This document shows positions 1-9,780 of a DNA stretch of 64,000 nucleotides, piece after piece. Origin of the DNA: a virus; the IMG/VR virus record IMGVR_UViG_3300008952_000005, positions 1 to 64,000 of that record. One strand, 5' to 3'. Under the pieces are notes generated by a model, which saw nothing but the letters and a program-made list of their open reading frames with translations, was not told the DNA's origin and did no database searches. Both the position numbers and the translations under genes were made by a program. Numbering within the stretch: position 1 is the first letter of the stretch; each line of letters starts with the position of its first letter.

Positions 1-371
1 AATTGGTCAACAAATGCGTCAACTTGGTAGTCAACTGGATTTGTTAATCCTTCGTTATCAGTCATATTATTAATACCGTTCATCCATCTTTCAAATGCAT
101 TACGCAATTTGAAATTAGTATCATTTAGTACTTTGATAGTCCAATCCGCTATACTTCTATCTCCAGCGATTTTTATTGCTCTTCCTCTAAAAGGAACTTC
201 AACGGTTGCTATTGCCATTCCTGGTAATTCAGCACCTTGACATAAAAACGCTAGGTCTTCTATTTCTCCACCTAACTGAGCGTAGCCTGGGAAAGGCATA
301 ACCACTTTATACTGGTTACTTCTTGCGCCGCCGCCCGAAAGTTTAGCTTTGAAATCATTTATGTTTGCCAT
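1..371 (-). CDS. gp19: tail tube protein gp19 (partial, runs off left edge)
   Basis: Own translation MANINDFKAKLSGGGARSNQYKV...ELPG...VPFRGRAIKIAGDRSIADWTIKVLNDTNFKLRNAFERW; directly after gp18. Confidence 0.93.
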   Translation of the reverse strand, partial: MANINDFKAKLSGGGARSNQYKVVMPFPGYAQLGGEIEDLAFLCQGAELPGMAIATVEVPFRGRAIKIAGDRSIADWTIKVLNDTNFKLRNAFERWMNGINNMTDNEGLTNPVDYQVDAFVDQ

Positions 372-395
372 TTTATTTCTCCGTTATTCTCTCTA

Positions 396-2315
396 TTAGC
401 CTGCGACTTCCTCAAAGGAAACGCCTGTTCTTGTTGCCACAAATTGAAGTGAGATAAAGTTGATACTTCTAGCAGGTTTAACAAATATTTCTGCTACAAA
501 TTCATTTCTATCAATTACTTCACCTGTGTTGTTAGTTTCATCACAAACTACTAGGTAGTCTGTAATCCCTCTTCGTCCTTGTACTTCTCTTAAAAATGGT
601 TCTACCATATTTCTAAATCCTGCTCTAGTGAATTCATCATTGAATTCAAAAAGTTGGACTTTAGAAGCAGTTGATATTGCCTTTTCTAAAACGATAAACA
701 ATCTTCGTACATTGATTCTGTCAAACGCACTAGGATTTTTTAGTCCAGTTTTATCACCGAATAATACAGTTCCTTGTCCTGGGAACGTAGTCACAGGATT
801 TACTCTTGCTCTGTATAATTCATCTCTTTGTGATTTAGTTGGATTAAATGCCAGTTTAACTGCACCTCTTACTACACCTCGGTTTAATCCTGCAGGTGAG
901 TACCAAGCGTCTGCAACACTATCAGTTCTTGCTGATAATCCTGCCATATCGCCATTTAAAGGTACATATCTAAACACGTCATTATATCTATCGTACATAT
1001 ATTTGTAACCGCTATCAAAAAACACGTAAGAAGATGAGTTGATTCCATTAAAGAATCCTACAACATTATCTTTTTGTGTTGCTGAGTTAGTTACATTAAC
1101 TACATCACTTCTTTCAGGACTTGCAAAAACTACACAGTCTTTTCTGTTTTCAGCAATAGTAATTAAATTGTCTATATGTGTTGAGCTACCAGCACCTGCA
1201 ATTAAAAGTCCAACGTCTGTTGTTTCAGCGTCTTGGAATTTTTCATAAGCAGATTTAGTTTGAGCAACTGTAGCACTTGAACCGTCTGAACCATTTGATA
1301 ATGATACATTACTTACAGAAGTTACATCTGTAAATGTTGTCCCTTGTGCCGCCGTGCCCCAATTGGATCCAGAAGAGTTGTGGTCCATCCAATAAACGTA
1401 ATTACTTGAATTGTAAAGTACGTCTGAATAGTAATTAGTGTCACCTTGAGGACTCTTAGCGTCTGAAGCTTTTGATACTGCTTCAAATCTTTCTAAAATT
1501 TCCCCTTTAGTTCCAATAATTCCACCATCTTCGTCAATGATTGCAATATGCATTTCATCGCCGCTACCACCTCTTGATTGAGCGTAAGTAGATGTTCCTG
1601 GTGCTTTATTAAATAGGTCATAATATCTCCATCTTCGTCTTACATCAGCACCATTTGTAATAGTCTTTTGTAATCCAGAAGAGTCAGAAGTACCAAAATA
1701 TGTTGGTTCTTCTTTTCGCACAATGTTTAAGTCGTTAGTTGCAACACTAATAACTCTATATTCATATTCATCACCAAAATTAACTATATCTCCAGCACTA
1801 ATTCCTGTAGAGGAAGTAACTGAAACTACTGTATCTCCGACACTTGTTGAAGCGTCAGCAACAGTTGTTTTAGCAGTTTCTTCATAAGCAGTAGCAGAAG
1901 CACATTGAGAAACGCTTATATTGTTTCCCCACGCACCCGCTGTTCTACTAGCCCACATTCCTACAGAAGCAGAACCGTCAGCATAATTGTCTTGGTAATC
2001 AGTAGTATTCTTTATAACAAACGCACTACCACTTTCAGTTGCGTTTGAAACAGATGAGTTCTGTACACGAACTACTTTCAAGTTATTTGAATATTGTAAA
2101 AAGTTTGAAGCACTAAAATAACTCTCAAAATTAGAGTTATCTGGTTTTCCAAACGTTGATACCAATTCAGATTCACTACCGATACTCACTGCTTCATCAA
2201 GAGGTCCTTTACTGAATTGTCCAGCAAAAGCTCCAGAAGAAGATGAAACGGCAGGAATAATTCTTGTTAAGTCTTTTTCCTGTACGAGAACACCTGGTGA
2301 TACTTGAAATGCCAT
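396..2315 (-). CDS. gp18: tail sheath protein gp18
   Basis: MAFQVSPGVLVQEKDLT start; WYSPAGLNRG, FDRINVRRLF, FEFNDEFTR, KPARSINFI T4 sheath motifs. Confidence 0.97.
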   Translation of the reverse strand: MAFQVSPGVLVQEKDLTRIIPAVSSSSGAFAGQFSKGPLDEAVSIGSESELVSTFGKPDNSNFESYFSASNFLQYSNNLKVVRVQNSSVSNATESGSAFVIKNTTDYQDNYADGSASVGMWASRTAGAWGNNISVSQCASATAYEETAKTTVADASTSVGDTVVSVTSSTGISAGDIVNFGDEYEYRVISVATNDLNIVRKEEPTYFGTSDSSGLQKTITNGADVRRRWRYYDLFNKAPGTSTYAQSRGGSGDEMHIAIIDEDGGIIGTKGEILERFEAVSKASDAKSPQGDTNYYSDVLYNSSNYVYWMDHNSSGSNWGTAAQGTTFTDVTSVSNVSLSNGSDGSSATVAQTKSAYEKFQDAETTDVGLLIAGAGSSTHIDNLITIAENRKDCVVFASPERSDVVNVTNSATQKDNVVGFFNGINSSSYVFFDSGYKYMYDRYNDVFRYVPLNGDMAGLSARTDSVADAWYSPAGLNRGVVRGAVKLAFNPTKSQRDELYRARVNPVTTFPGQGTVLFGDKTGLKNPSAFDRINVRRLFIVLEKAISTASKVQLFEFNDEFTRAGFRNMVEPFLREVQGRRGITDYLVVCDETNNTGEVIDRNEFVAEIFVKPARSINFISLQFVATRTGVSFEEVAG

Positions 2316-2409
2316 TAGGTTTTCTCCTTATAATTAACTAATTAGTTTGTATCTTTTCGCATATTCCGTATGTTTTCATACGACCATAGTCAAATTTCAT
2401 AACTATGGA

Positions 2410-2417
2410 TATTTATA
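2410..2417 (-). promoter_or_regulatory. T4-type late promoter TATAAATA for gp18
   Basis: Exact TATTTATA on + strand in intergenic region. Confidence 0.8.
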
Positions 2418-2428
2418 TAATACTTAAT

Positions 2429-4063
2429 TTAGAGCCCTTTTCTGACAACTGGATACCAGACTGTTCCATATTCATCTACTTCTGTTTTCTCCCAATCAGG
2501 AGTACCATCATCTACAAAACCAAAAGGAGCCATATCTTGCTCTATTAATTTTTCTTGTTCTTCATATAACTGTTGTCTAGCATTTGTATTAGTCATTTCT
2601 TTAAAGTAAGGTTGATTAGACAACCAACCAAATAATACAAGACAAGTCATTAAATCATCATTACATCCTTCTTCCGCTTGCCAAGAATTTCCTTTACGAG
2701 CATAAGTTGACATTTCTTCTATGATATTGAAGTCATTAATAATAACTTTATCTCCTTCAATCAATGTCTTAATGTTAGAACAACCAACTTTTTTAATCTG
2801 TTTTGTCATACGAACACCAAAACCAGAACCTCTTCCACTATATCCTGCACCCAATATCTGACCTGCTCTACCTCTTTGAGTAGTCATTAATAGATTAGGA
2901 TATTCTAATTCATAGTTTAATGATTCACCTATTTGTTGACCTATATCATTTGTTTCACAAAGAATATCTGCCGTATTATAACCCTTACACGCTTTTTGTA
3001 TTAAGTGTGGAAATAGAATTGGTTTAACTTCATTACTTCTATATTTGGCAACAACTCTATAAGGCATTTGAGTTACATCAAACATTAAAAATGCTGAATA
3101 ATCTCTATCTACACCTCTCGCTACATCAACACAACAAACATAATTTCTACCATTTACAACCTTTTCAAATACATCTAAACCACCACTTGAAGTTAATGGT
3201 GTCATATAAGGTGTTTGTTTAATCTTAACTGGTGAAATTAATGTATCTACTGACCCTAAAAATTCACACTCAAACTCTTGTTGAAATTGTGCTGCTGATG
3301 TATTACGTATAGTTGTTTCTTTCCATTTTTCATCTCTACCTGGAACTTCTGACCAATGTACTTCAATAGGTTTATAATCATTTCTTCCATTTTCAGCGTC
3401 TGTCCATAATTTATAAAATTGATTCATTCCGTGAGGTGTTGATACGATAATAACCTTTGAAGTTTTACCAGATGTAATAGTAGGATAAACTGAACTAAAA
3501 AACATTTCTGCTATATTAGCAGGTACGAAAGCAAACTCATCAAGAAATATTATATTATATGTACCACCTCTTATTGCACTTGAAGATGTAGCGGCAGCAA
3601 TAATAGTAGATTTATTTTCTAATTCTATATTACCTTTGTTCCAATTAATAACTCCTTGTTGCAACCATTTAGGCAAATTTTCATATGCTAATTGTAATCT
3701 TCCTAATATATCTCTAGCAGTAGAAGATTTATTAGCAAGAATTGCTATGTTTGAATTTGGATTAAATATTGCATAGTGTAAAAGATATGCAATTGTTGTT
3801 GTTGATTTACCTGATTGTCTAGGCAATTTGCAAATAGTAAATCTTTCTTTATCTATTGTAGTTACAATCTTCTTTTGGAAATCATATAGTTTAAAAGATA
3901 TAAGTCCTTCATCAAGAGAAACGATTTTCATCCATTTCTCCATAAAATATATTGGATCTGTTTTACACTTTTGAAATTCTACAATTTGGTCTTTAGTAAA
4001 TTCAACTGGTATATTTACTTTTTTTAAATTAGGATTTCCTAAATATGCGTCTGTTGCTGGCAT
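2429..4063 (-). CDS. gp17: terminase large subunit gp17
   Basis: YLGNPNLKK start, Walker A RQSGKST, Walker B IIFLDEFAF, STPHG, QEFECEF, nuclease DVARG; start moved to ATG 4063 just downstream of a late promoter. Confidence 0.97.
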   Translation of the reverse strand: MPATDAYLGNPNLKKVNIPVEFTKDQIVEFQKCKTDPIYFMEKWMKIVSLDEGLISFKLYDFQKKIVTTIDKERFTICKLPRQSGKSTTTIAYLLHYAIFNPNSNIAILANKSSTARDILGRLQLAYENLPKWLQQGVINWNKGNIELENKSTIIAAATSSSAIRGGTYNIIFLDEFAFVPANIAEMFFSSVYPTITSGKTSKVIIVSTPHGMNQFYKLWTDAENGRNDYKPIEVHWSEVPGRDEKWKETTIRNTSAAQFQQEFECEFLGSVDTLISPVKIKQTPYMTPLTSSGGLDVFEKVVNGRNYVCCVDVARGVDRDYSAFLMFDVTQMPYRVVAKYRSNEVKPILFPHLIQKACKGYNTADILCETNDIGQQIGESLNYELEYPNLLMTTQRGRAGQILGAGYSGRGSGFGVRMTKQIKKVGCSNIKTLIEGDKVIINDFNIIEEMSTYARKGNSWQAEEGCNDDLMTCLVLFGWLSNQPYFKEMTNTNARQQLYEEQEKLIEQDMAPFGFVDDGTPDWEKTEVDEYGTVWYPVVRKGL

Positions 4064-4068
4064 ATTAC

Positions 4069-4076
4069 TATTTATA
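4069..4076 (-). promoter_or_regulatory. T4-type late promoter for gp17
   Basis: Exact match just upstream of ATG 4063. Confidence 0.7.
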
Positions 4077-4653
4077 ATTGATACCCAAACCAACCAGTTA
4101 TGATATATTTTTCGTGGGTCTTGGAAATTTGTCCGCTATGTGTATGTGTAAAGTCAGTCGGCCAAATCAAAGTCAAACCTTTTTCAGCAGGAGTTGTTGT
4201 ATTCTGATATTTAAAATGTGTACCACCGTTAGGAACATCATTTAAATAAGTCATCCAAACAAGACAACGGTTTTCGTGCCTGGAAGTTCTTTCACAATGC
4301 TTAGTAAAATAACCTCCACCTGGTGGATAATATTGTAAATTTCCTCCTTCAATCATTCCATATCTTTCAAACTCTTTAACTTCAGGATATTTCTCTTCGT
4401 ATAGACCAACACATTGTTTCAACACATTTTTATATTTCATAAACCGTGGTTCTTCCCAATTTGGATCTAATCCAATATCTATAGAATCTTTTACTTCTTT
4501 ATTAATTTTTGAAGTGAAACCTACAACACCTGGTTTTTGTGCTTGTTTATTCTCTTTAAATAAATTTATAAGTCCATCACAAATACCAGAAGGAATATAC
4601 CAACCTCCTATACAAGAAGTTGTTGGTATAATATATTCTCTATGTTTTGGCAT
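4072..4653 (-). CDS. 2OG-Fe(II) oxygenase (prolyl-4-hydroxylase-like)
   Basis: QYYPPGGGYFTKHCE, WMTYLNDVPNGGTHF, LIWPTDFTHTHSG, KYIITGW; typical of marine phage 2OG oxygenases. Confidence 0.85.
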   Translation of the reverse strand: MPKHREYIIPTTSCIGGWYIPSGICDGLINLFKENKQAQKPGVVGFTSKINKEVKDSIDIGLDPNWEEPRFMKYKNVLKQCVGLYEEKYPEVKEFERYGMIEGGNLQYYPPGGGYFTKHCERTSRHENRCLVWMTYLNDVPNGGTHFKYQNTTTPAEKGLTLIWPTDFTHTHSGQISKTHEKYIITGWFGYQL

Positions 4654-5857
4654 TACTTTGTATTGCACTTTTACCTCCACATTTTTTCATAGCCGCTTTT
4701 AGTTTTACTACCATATCAAAGATTAATGCGTCTGTATGAAATGGTGTAGGAGTAAATCTTAATCTTTCAGTACCTACAGGAACAGTCGGCCAATTAATAG
4801 GTTGTACATAGATACCTTCTTTATATAAAAGTTCATCTGATATTGCTTTAGCTCTTTTAGGGTCTCCAATAATTACAGGAACAATATGACTATCATTTTT
4901 CATAACTTCTATACCTTGTCTAGCAAGTTCTAATTTAGTTTTATTTGCTCTTTCGTGTATTTGTTCTCTTAATTCAGGATGGTCTCTAACATATTTAATA
5001 CTTGTTAAAGCACCAGCACAAATTACTGGACTTAAACTAGTTGTAAATATAAAAGCACTTGCCAAACTTCTTATGGCGTCAATAAAATCTTTTTTTCCTG
5101 CAATGTATCCACCTTGTACTCCAAATGCTTTTGCTAATGTTCCATTAATAATATCTACTTCTATATTATCTCTTTCAGTAATACCACCACCTGTTGCACC
5201 ATATAAACCAACAGCGTGTACTTCATCTAAAAATGTTATTGCATTATATTTTTTAGCTAGTTCTACTATTTCTTTTACTGGTCCAATATCTCCGTCCATA
5301 GAATATACACTTTCAAATACTACACATTTTGGACCTTCGTATGATTTTAAAATTCTTTCTAAATCTTCTACATCATTATGTTTAAATATTTCTTTCTTAC
5401 ATCTACTATGCCTAATGCCTTGTATAAGAGAAGAGTGATTTAATGAATCTGATATATACAATAATTCAGGTATAATTTTTCCTAAAGTTTCTAAAGTTGT
5501 TTGATTAGCATTATATGCTGAAGTAAATATTAATGCCTTTTCTTTTTTATGAAAATCTGCTAATTCTTCTTCTAAAGCATTATGATAGTGAGTAGAACCA
5601 GATATGTTTCTTGTACCTCCAGCACCTGCCCCACTTGATTCTAATGCTGTTTTCATTGAGTCTATAACATAAGAGTGTTGTCCCATACCTAAATAATCGT
5701 TAGAACACCAATTAACTATTTTTTTAATTGAGTATTTTGAATACCAAATAGCGTGAGGAAAGTTTCCTCTAGTCCTAACTATATCATTAAAGACACGGTA
5801 TCTTCCATCTTCTTTATATTCATTTATTATTTTTGTAAATTCTTCTAAATGTTTCAC
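4640..5857 (-). CDS. hemA: 5-aminolevulinate synthase (C4/Shemin pathway)
   Basis: WCSNDYLGMG, GAGAGGTRNISG, SDSLNHSSLIQG, FESVYSMDGD, DEVHAVGLYG, PLP-lysine GTLAKAFG, YVQPINWPTVP, ERLRFTPTPFH. Confidence 0.95.
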   Translation of the reverse strand: MKHLEEFTKIINEYKEDGRYRVFNDIVRTRGNFPHAIWYSKYSIKKIVNWCSNDYLGMGQHSYVIDSMKTALESSGAGAGGTRNISGSTHYHNALEEELADFHKKEKALIFTSAYNANQTTLETLGKIIPELLYISDSLNHSSLIQGIRHSRCKKEIFKHNDVEDLERILKSYEGPKCVVFESVYSMDGDIGPVKEIVELAKKYNAITFLDEVHAVGLYGATGGGITERDNIEVDIINGTLAKAFGVQGGYIAGKKDFIDAIRSLASAFIFTTSLSPVICAGALTSIKYVRDHPELREQIHERANKTKLELARQGIEVMKNDSHIVPVIIGDPKRAKAISDELLYKEGIYVQPINWPTVPVGTERLRFTPTPFHTDALIFDMVVKLKAAMKKCGGKSAIQSNAKT

Positions 5858-6144
5858 TTAACTATTACTCCTTCTATATGTGTATAACCTAATTGTTTAG
5901 CTGCCTGCACTCGTTGACTACCTCTCCACACACTATATTCTTTTTCTATATAGGGTATACCCATTGCACCGTATCTAGGTACTTCGGATACAATGTGTTC
6001 TTTTACTTCTATTGGATAATTTAATGATTCACCATCTAATAATTCTTTTAGTGGTGTCATTGACTTAATATAGATTAAGTCTTTTAGCTCTATAGGAATT
6101 TTATTCGCTATCTTTTGATTTGCCGTCAATAGTTTCATTTTCAT
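5854..6144 (-). CDS. hypothetical protein, ParB/Srx-like C-terminal motif
   Basis: VWRGSQRVQAAKQLGYTHIEGVIV resembles the ParB-N GxxR..AA..LG motif; overlaps gp16 and hemA. Confidence 0.5.
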   Translation of the reverse strand: MKMKLLTANQKIANKIPIELKDLIYIKSMTPLKELLDGESLNYPIEVKEHIVSEVPRYGAMGIPYIEKEYSVWRGSQRVQAAKQLGYTHIEGVIVK

Positions 6145-6607
6145 TTTTCTTTTCCATTTTTGTTTCCATAGTTTGCTTATTTAACATCTTCTGTAATTCA
6201 GCAGTTGACCCTACAAACAATGCATTTTTAATATTTGCATTTGTTCTATTAGGTAATTCTTTTAAGTCTTTAAATTTCTTTTGTAAATCTTGTAATTTAT
6301 CAACTGTAGTACCAACTTGTCCTATCAATTGACCAACAACTTCATAAGCTCTAGGGTGTTGTCCTTCTTTTGCAATATCTAATATACCTTGTATTGCTTC
6401 TTGTCCTTTTTCTATTATACTATAATAACTTTCTCTACTATAATCATAATCAGTATTAATATCTTTTTCAACTTTTAAAGGAACTTCTCCATTCTTTCTA
6501 GGAACAGGAACTTTAAACCCCTTTTGTGGTTCAAGGTTCTCTGGTATAACTTTATCTTTACCTTCCAAACCTAATATCTCATTAACACTTTCTTCCAATT
6601 TACTCAT
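6101..6607 (-). CDS. gp16: terminase small subunit gp16
   Basis: DYDYSRESYYSIIEKGQEAI, HPRAYEVVGQLI, NALFVGSTAELQKML as in marine T4-like gp16; follows gp15. Confidence 0.9.
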   Translation of the reverse strand: MSKLEESVNEILGLEGKDKVIPENLEPQKGFKVPVPRKNGEVPLKVEKDINTDYDYSRESYYSIIEKGQEAIQGILDIAKEGQHPRAYEVVGQLIGQVGTTVDKLQDLQKKFKDLKELPNRTNANIKNALFVGSTAELQKMLNKQTMETKMEKKNENETIDGKSKDSE

Positions 6608-7410
6608 TATTCATCTTCTCCTGTTACTGGATTATATTTCTTTGTATCATCATAGAAACTAATCTTTGTTGTAAATCCAAAATCATCATCTGCGTCTGCA
6701 CTTTCAGGATTTGGTATTACTATAATTCTTTCTTCTCTTGATAAAGGAGCATCCGTAGATGTTCCTAAATCTGCTTGTGATTTTCTAATAACTTTACTTT
6801 GTGCCATAGGTCCATATAAGTAAGTTTTAGCAGTAAACTGTAAAGTATATATAACAGCTCTACGCTTATTAAATTCACCATCATATGTATCTTCATATTG
6901 TACTTCATCTAAAACAATAGGCACGTCCCTTTTAATATTTAATTCTGGTATTGCATTAATAGTAACTGTATAGTCTGGTGCAAAATATGGTAATATTTGT
7001 TCAATTATCTGTAGTCCATTTTCTGCTGTAGCCGTAAAAGAATAAAGACTAAAACTTATATCATAGGGTACTGGTGAATAATTAAAATTATGTACAGTAG
7101 AATCAGAAGTTTTAACTCTAACTGTTTTTTGAAGTTTGTTTAGTTTTCTAGTGGCGTCATACTTTAAACCTGTTAATTCAAATCCCATTCTAGGTAATAC
7201 AATAGCAAACGTTTTACCTTTTTCTAAACTTGCTTGTTGGTCTATTCTGGCTATAAACTTTTCTTTAGGAGCGTATGCTAAAGGCACACGTATTCTTTTA
7301 GTAATAGCACCTGTACCAGATTTTTGTTGAATAATTATATTATTAAAAATCTGTCCAAATGCAATAGTTAGTCTTCTTAAACTTTGATTATAAAAGTGTG
7401 TTCCAAACAT
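6607..7410 (-). CDS. gp15: tail completion/sheath stabilizer gp15
   Basis: FYNQSLRRLTIAFGQIFNNI, VPLAYAPKEKF, LPRMGFE, QIIEQILPYF, YTLQFTAKTYLYGP. Confidence 0.95.
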   Translation of the reverse strand: MFGTHFYNQSLRRLTIAFGQIFNNIIIQQKSGTGAITKRIRVPLAYAPKEKFIARIDQQASLEKGKTFAIVLPRMGFELTGLKYDATRKLNKLQKTVRVKTSDSTVHNFNYSPVPYDISFSLYSFTATAENGLQIIEQILPYFAPDYTVTINAIPELNIKRDVPIVLDEVQYEDTYDGEFNKRRAVIYTLQFTAKTYLYGPMAQSKVIRKSQADLGTSTDAPLSREERIIVIPNPESADADDDFGFTTKISFYDDTKKYNPVTGEDE

Positions 7411-8243
7411 TATTCATCTATCTCCCCAAAAGGATTTCTTTCTGTAAAGTCAAGTATATCATCCGCTGTTGAAACAGTATCATATCCTGCCTCTTTATTC
7501 AAGTCTAAATTATCTGCATATGGAGATTGTGTCTGTATATTAGACTCTGTAAAATCTTCGTTCATTAAAAGTGCTGGTTGACCAGTTGAATAATCGTGAT
7601 AACTTTCTAATTGTACTGAACCTTTACCTGTCATAACTTCTTGTCCATATTCTAAAGTAAACTTATATGCTAATTGGTCTAGTGTATGTGTATCTTCGTG
7701 TTGGTCAATAGTAGATAAACCAGTATCAAGTTTTTCACTTGCATACTCCCAACGAGTTACTTTTAATTTATAAACTGGCAGATTGCCTAATTGGAAAAAT
7801 GGTTCTTGGTCTTCTACAAATAAAATTTCAAAAAAAGATTTCATCAAAGGCACATATATAATATCACCTTCGTTTGGTCTTCCTGTAACTGATAAAGAAG
7901 AACCAACCTGTGTTGCCTTATTACCAACTAAATTTGTCCAACTTCTTTTTGAAACCATTAATGATGTATCATCACGAATTTCTAATCCAAACTTACTTAT
8001 GATTTCTTGTTCACCAGCAAATCCTGTATTATTTTCAAAATACATTTCTATCAAATAAGAATCATCAAATCTACTAGATACATCTTCTCCTAGTATTAAA
8101 TCTTTATTGACTAATGTTCGTGGTAAGTAATAGACATCCTGACCGTAAATTTTAAGACCTTCAACTATTATATCTTCGTGTAGTCTTTTTTCGGCAGCAT
8201 TACCTATGCCTTTTCCACCTGAAAAGTAATGATTAACTGGCAT
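7410..8243 (-). CDS. gp14: neck protein gp14
   Basis: EGLKIYGQDVYYLPR, SKFGLEIRDD, RPNEGDIIY, EDQEPFFQLG, DFTERNPFG. Confidence 0.95.
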   Translation of the reverse strand: MPVNHYFSGGKGIGNAAEKRLHEDIIVEGLKIYGQDVYYLPRTLVNKDLILGEDVSSRFDDSYLIEMYFENNTGFAGEQEIISKFGLEIRDDTSLMVSKRSWTNLVGNKATQVGSSLSVTGRPNEGDIIYVPLMKSFFEILFVEDQEPFFQLGNLPVYKLKVTRWEYASEKLDTGLSTIDQHEDTHTLDQLAYKFTLEYGQEVMTGKGSVQLESYHDYSTGQPALLMNEDFTESNIQTQSPYADNLDLNKEAGYDTVSTADDILDFTERNPFGEIDE

Positions 8244-8247
8244 AGCA

Positions 8248-9069
8248 TTATCCTATCTGTAAAGGTAGGGGTTCCTCAAAATCGCTCCTTAATTTTATTT
8301 CTAATTTATCTAAAGCTTCTAACGCTTCACTATAAATTTGTTGACCGTTTAATGTAACTCCACCAATCATTGCAACACCATTAAATTTAGACAAATTAGC
8401 TCCCCATTGTTTTTTGAATAAAGCAGTTACGTATCTTTTTAACCAAATATCATTAAAGACATCTGTATATTGGTTAGGGTCTAATTTTCTCCAGCATTCT
8501 ATTACAAGAAATTCATCTACTTGTAAATCATTTTTCCAATCCATATCAACATAAAGTCTATTATCTAATTGGTTAAATCTATAAGGTTTTTCTCCGACTA
8601 ATATATGGTCTAAAAAATCTAAATGTCTTAATACAACATCATAGTTAATAACAGACGTTGAAGAAAAATCATATAGGTCATTTAATCTTAATTGATATCT
8701 AACATCAAATAAATTTAAATTACCTTTGTTTGAAAATGGAAATATATTAATTACAGATAAAACAGATTCAGGACATACAATATATCCATTACCTTCTTTC
8801 CATTCTGTATTTACTACAGAAGAATCACCATACGTTTTAGATTCGGTTTCAGTAGTATCTGCTAAAATTCTAGCTTTATCTGCTGATGTATACTTGTACT
8901 TTAAATAGGTTCTTTTAACACCATCATAGTGGTATTGAGAAAAATATTGTAATGCTTCATCTATTCTATCTTCTAGTTGGTCGTCATCAACATTGATTTC
9001 AATTACAGGTTTACCTAATGCTCTTAAAGCGTATTGTTTTATTGTTTCTCTGGATGCTGGTTTTGCCAT
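8248..9069 (-). CDS. gp13: neck protein gp13
   Basis: YALRALGKPVIEINVDDDQLEDRIDEALQ, KKQWGANLSKF, GGVTLNGQQIY. Confidence 0.95.
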   Translation of the reverse strand: MAKPASRETIKQYALRALGKPVIEINVDDDQLEDRIDEALQYFSQYHYDGVKRTYLKYKYTSADKARILADTTETESKTYGDSSVVNTEWKEGNGYIVCPESVLSVINIFPFSNKGNLNLFDVRYQLRLNDLYDFSSTSVINYDVVLRHLDFLDHILVGEKPYRFNQLDNRLYVDMDWKNDLQVDEFLVIECWRKLDPNQYTDVFNDIWLKRYVTALFKKQWGANLSKFNGVAMIGGVTLNGQQIYSEALEALDKLEIKLRSDFEEPLPLQIG

Positions 9070-9087
9070 ACTGGTTCCTTTATTGTA

Positions 9088-9095
9088 TATTTATA
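9088..9095 (-). promoter_or_regulatory. T4-type late promoter for gp13 operon
   Basis: Exact match, intergenic. Confidence 0.8.
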
Positions 9096-9102
9096 ATAAC
9101 AA

Positions 9103-9780
9103 TTATATCTTCGGAAACAAATTATCAGTACAGAATAGTTTTATATCATCTTCAGGCAGTCCAAGAGTTTTCATTACTCTAGGGGTGTGTGGATTTTGTT
9201 GTTGGTGTTCGCAATAAAAATTTTGTGCTCTTATTACATCTTCTTCCTTTGAATCGCTATTATAATGACCAATTTTGTCAAGATAATTTTCTAAATTAGA
9301 CGTAGCAAGAGTACATATTTGGTTTAATTCTTTCTCTTCTGTTATTCTTCCAGCGGCAATCATACCTGGACTAAAGATAGCCTTTGCCCAATCAGGCAAT
9401 TCTCTCACTTTAGATGGTTTAAACCACTTTGTTTCTTCTATGAAATACTTTGTTAAGGGATGTTCTTTTAATAATAGCGGACTATAATCGTGGAAAGCAC
9501 CTGTAACTTTATTCTTACCTGCAATAACATCAAAACCATAAATTGGACCACCATTAGTTAACATTGGAAATAAACATATGTGTGCCATCCAAAGACCTTT
9601 TGTTTCTCTAGCATCCACTACGTCTACGTGAGCACGTCTTACACTCATATTAGACCAAGTACGGTTAACCCAAGTATCATTATTAAATCTATCCATACCG
9701 TCTTCGTTGTATTCTTTACAACGTCTATCAAGTATAGCGATTATATCTTTTTCTAATTTAATTAGTCGTTCCCAAATCAT
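9103..9780 (-). CDS. pcyX: ferredoxin-dependent bilin reductase, PcyX/PcyA-like
   Basis: LWMAHICLFP, PIYGFDVIAG, GAFHDYSP, RELPDWAKAIFS, AQNFYCEHQQQNPHTPRVM; coupled to heme oxygenase. Family confident, PcyX vs PcyA subfamily less so. Confidence 0.82.
   Translation of the reverse strand: MIWERLIKLEKDIIAILDRRCKEYNEDGMDRFNNDTWVNRTWSNMSVRRAHVDVVDARETKGLWMAHICLFPMLTNGGPIYGFDVIAGKNKVTGAFHDYSPLLLKEHPLTKYFIEETKWFKPSKVRELPDWAKAIFSPGMIAAGRITEEKELNQICTLATSNLENYLDKIGHYNSDSKEEDVIRAQNFYCEHQQQNPHTPRVMKTLGLPEDDIKLFCTDNLFPKI

Noticed and set aside
2367-2382. CGTATG-TTTT-CATACG hairpin in the gp18 leader
   Set aside because: Only 6 bp with no U-tract in the sense direction; insufficient to call a terminator or regulatory RNA
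2429-4063. Intron or intein in the terminase and other core genes
   Set aside because: Reading frames are continuous and of normal length, with no homing endonuclease motifs
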